Positions 32,035 through 32,175 of a stretch of DNA of 32,175 bases are shown one piece after another. The stretch lies in the NCBI GenBank assembly GCA_964572575.1, contig CAZNGK010000001.1:1-32175 (forward strand). The letters run 5' to 3'. Positions within the stretch are counted from its first letter, which is position 1. Each line of letters opens with the position of its first letter. The DNA is from an uncultured Thermoplasmatales archaeon. Its GTDB lineage: Archaea; Thermoplasmatota; E2; UBA202; JdFR-43. A model generated the notes under the pieces. It was not told the DNA's origin and ran no database searches. It saw nothing but the letters and a program-made list of their open reading frames with translations. Both the position numbers and the translations under genes were made by a program.

Positions 32035-32175
32035 TGCCTATAAAAGACATGTTGGAAAGGTTAATTGACTATATAGCATTCTTTTTCCTATTTGACGGTA
32101 TCATTACTGGTGTTTTTACTCTACTCAACATATTATTTACTGGTTTTTCAAATATATTTGGACAATATACAAATC
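32035..32175 (+). CDS. membrane protein, 5' part (runs off the window)
   Basis: The SD AGGTGAT sits 5 nt before ATG 32035. Open to the window end, hydrophobic. Confidence 0.4.

Noticed and set aside
1-32175. CRISPR array or cas genes
   Set aside because: The recurring 25-50 bp elements are kb apart, always sit in front of genes and contain TATA boxes. No regularly spaced repeat-spacer structure exists anywhere in the window.

Overview
Strongly AT-rich, gene-dense window with archaeal hallmarks: TATA-type promoters about 20-30 bp upstream of start codons, a full PCNA homologue, and an initiator-type tRNA-Met with A1:U72. The left two thirds (1-20.2 kb) look like an integrated or episomal archaeal mobile element or virus. 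This part carries a tyrosine integrase next to the tRNA, three DNA methyltransferases with no visible nuclease partner, and an N-terminally extended PCNA. It also has chains of translationally coupled tiny ORFs and many wHTH or Zn-ribbon proteins. Its most interesting content is a radical-SAM/SPASM enzyme preceded by three paralogous two-Cys micro-proteins, a candidate RiPP-type cassette. The right third (20.3-32.2 kb) encodes secreted or membrane-anchored proteins: a PKD-repeat protein, a sequon-rich glycoprotein, paralogous C-terminally anchored proteins and a DUF1232-like pair. Part of it has visibly higher GC. Non-coding structure is rich. There are two families of reused promoter modules (7 and 5 copies), and one of them is a palindromic operator fused to a TATA box at fixed spacing. 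A pair of lox/FRT-like sites with swapped arms and a direct 8-bp core brackets a 6.2 kb cassette. A perfect 91-bp inverted repeat lies inside two otherwise diverged methyltransferase genes. No rRNA, CRISPR array or cas genes were seen. All family names come from motif recognition by eye and memory, because no searches were possible.
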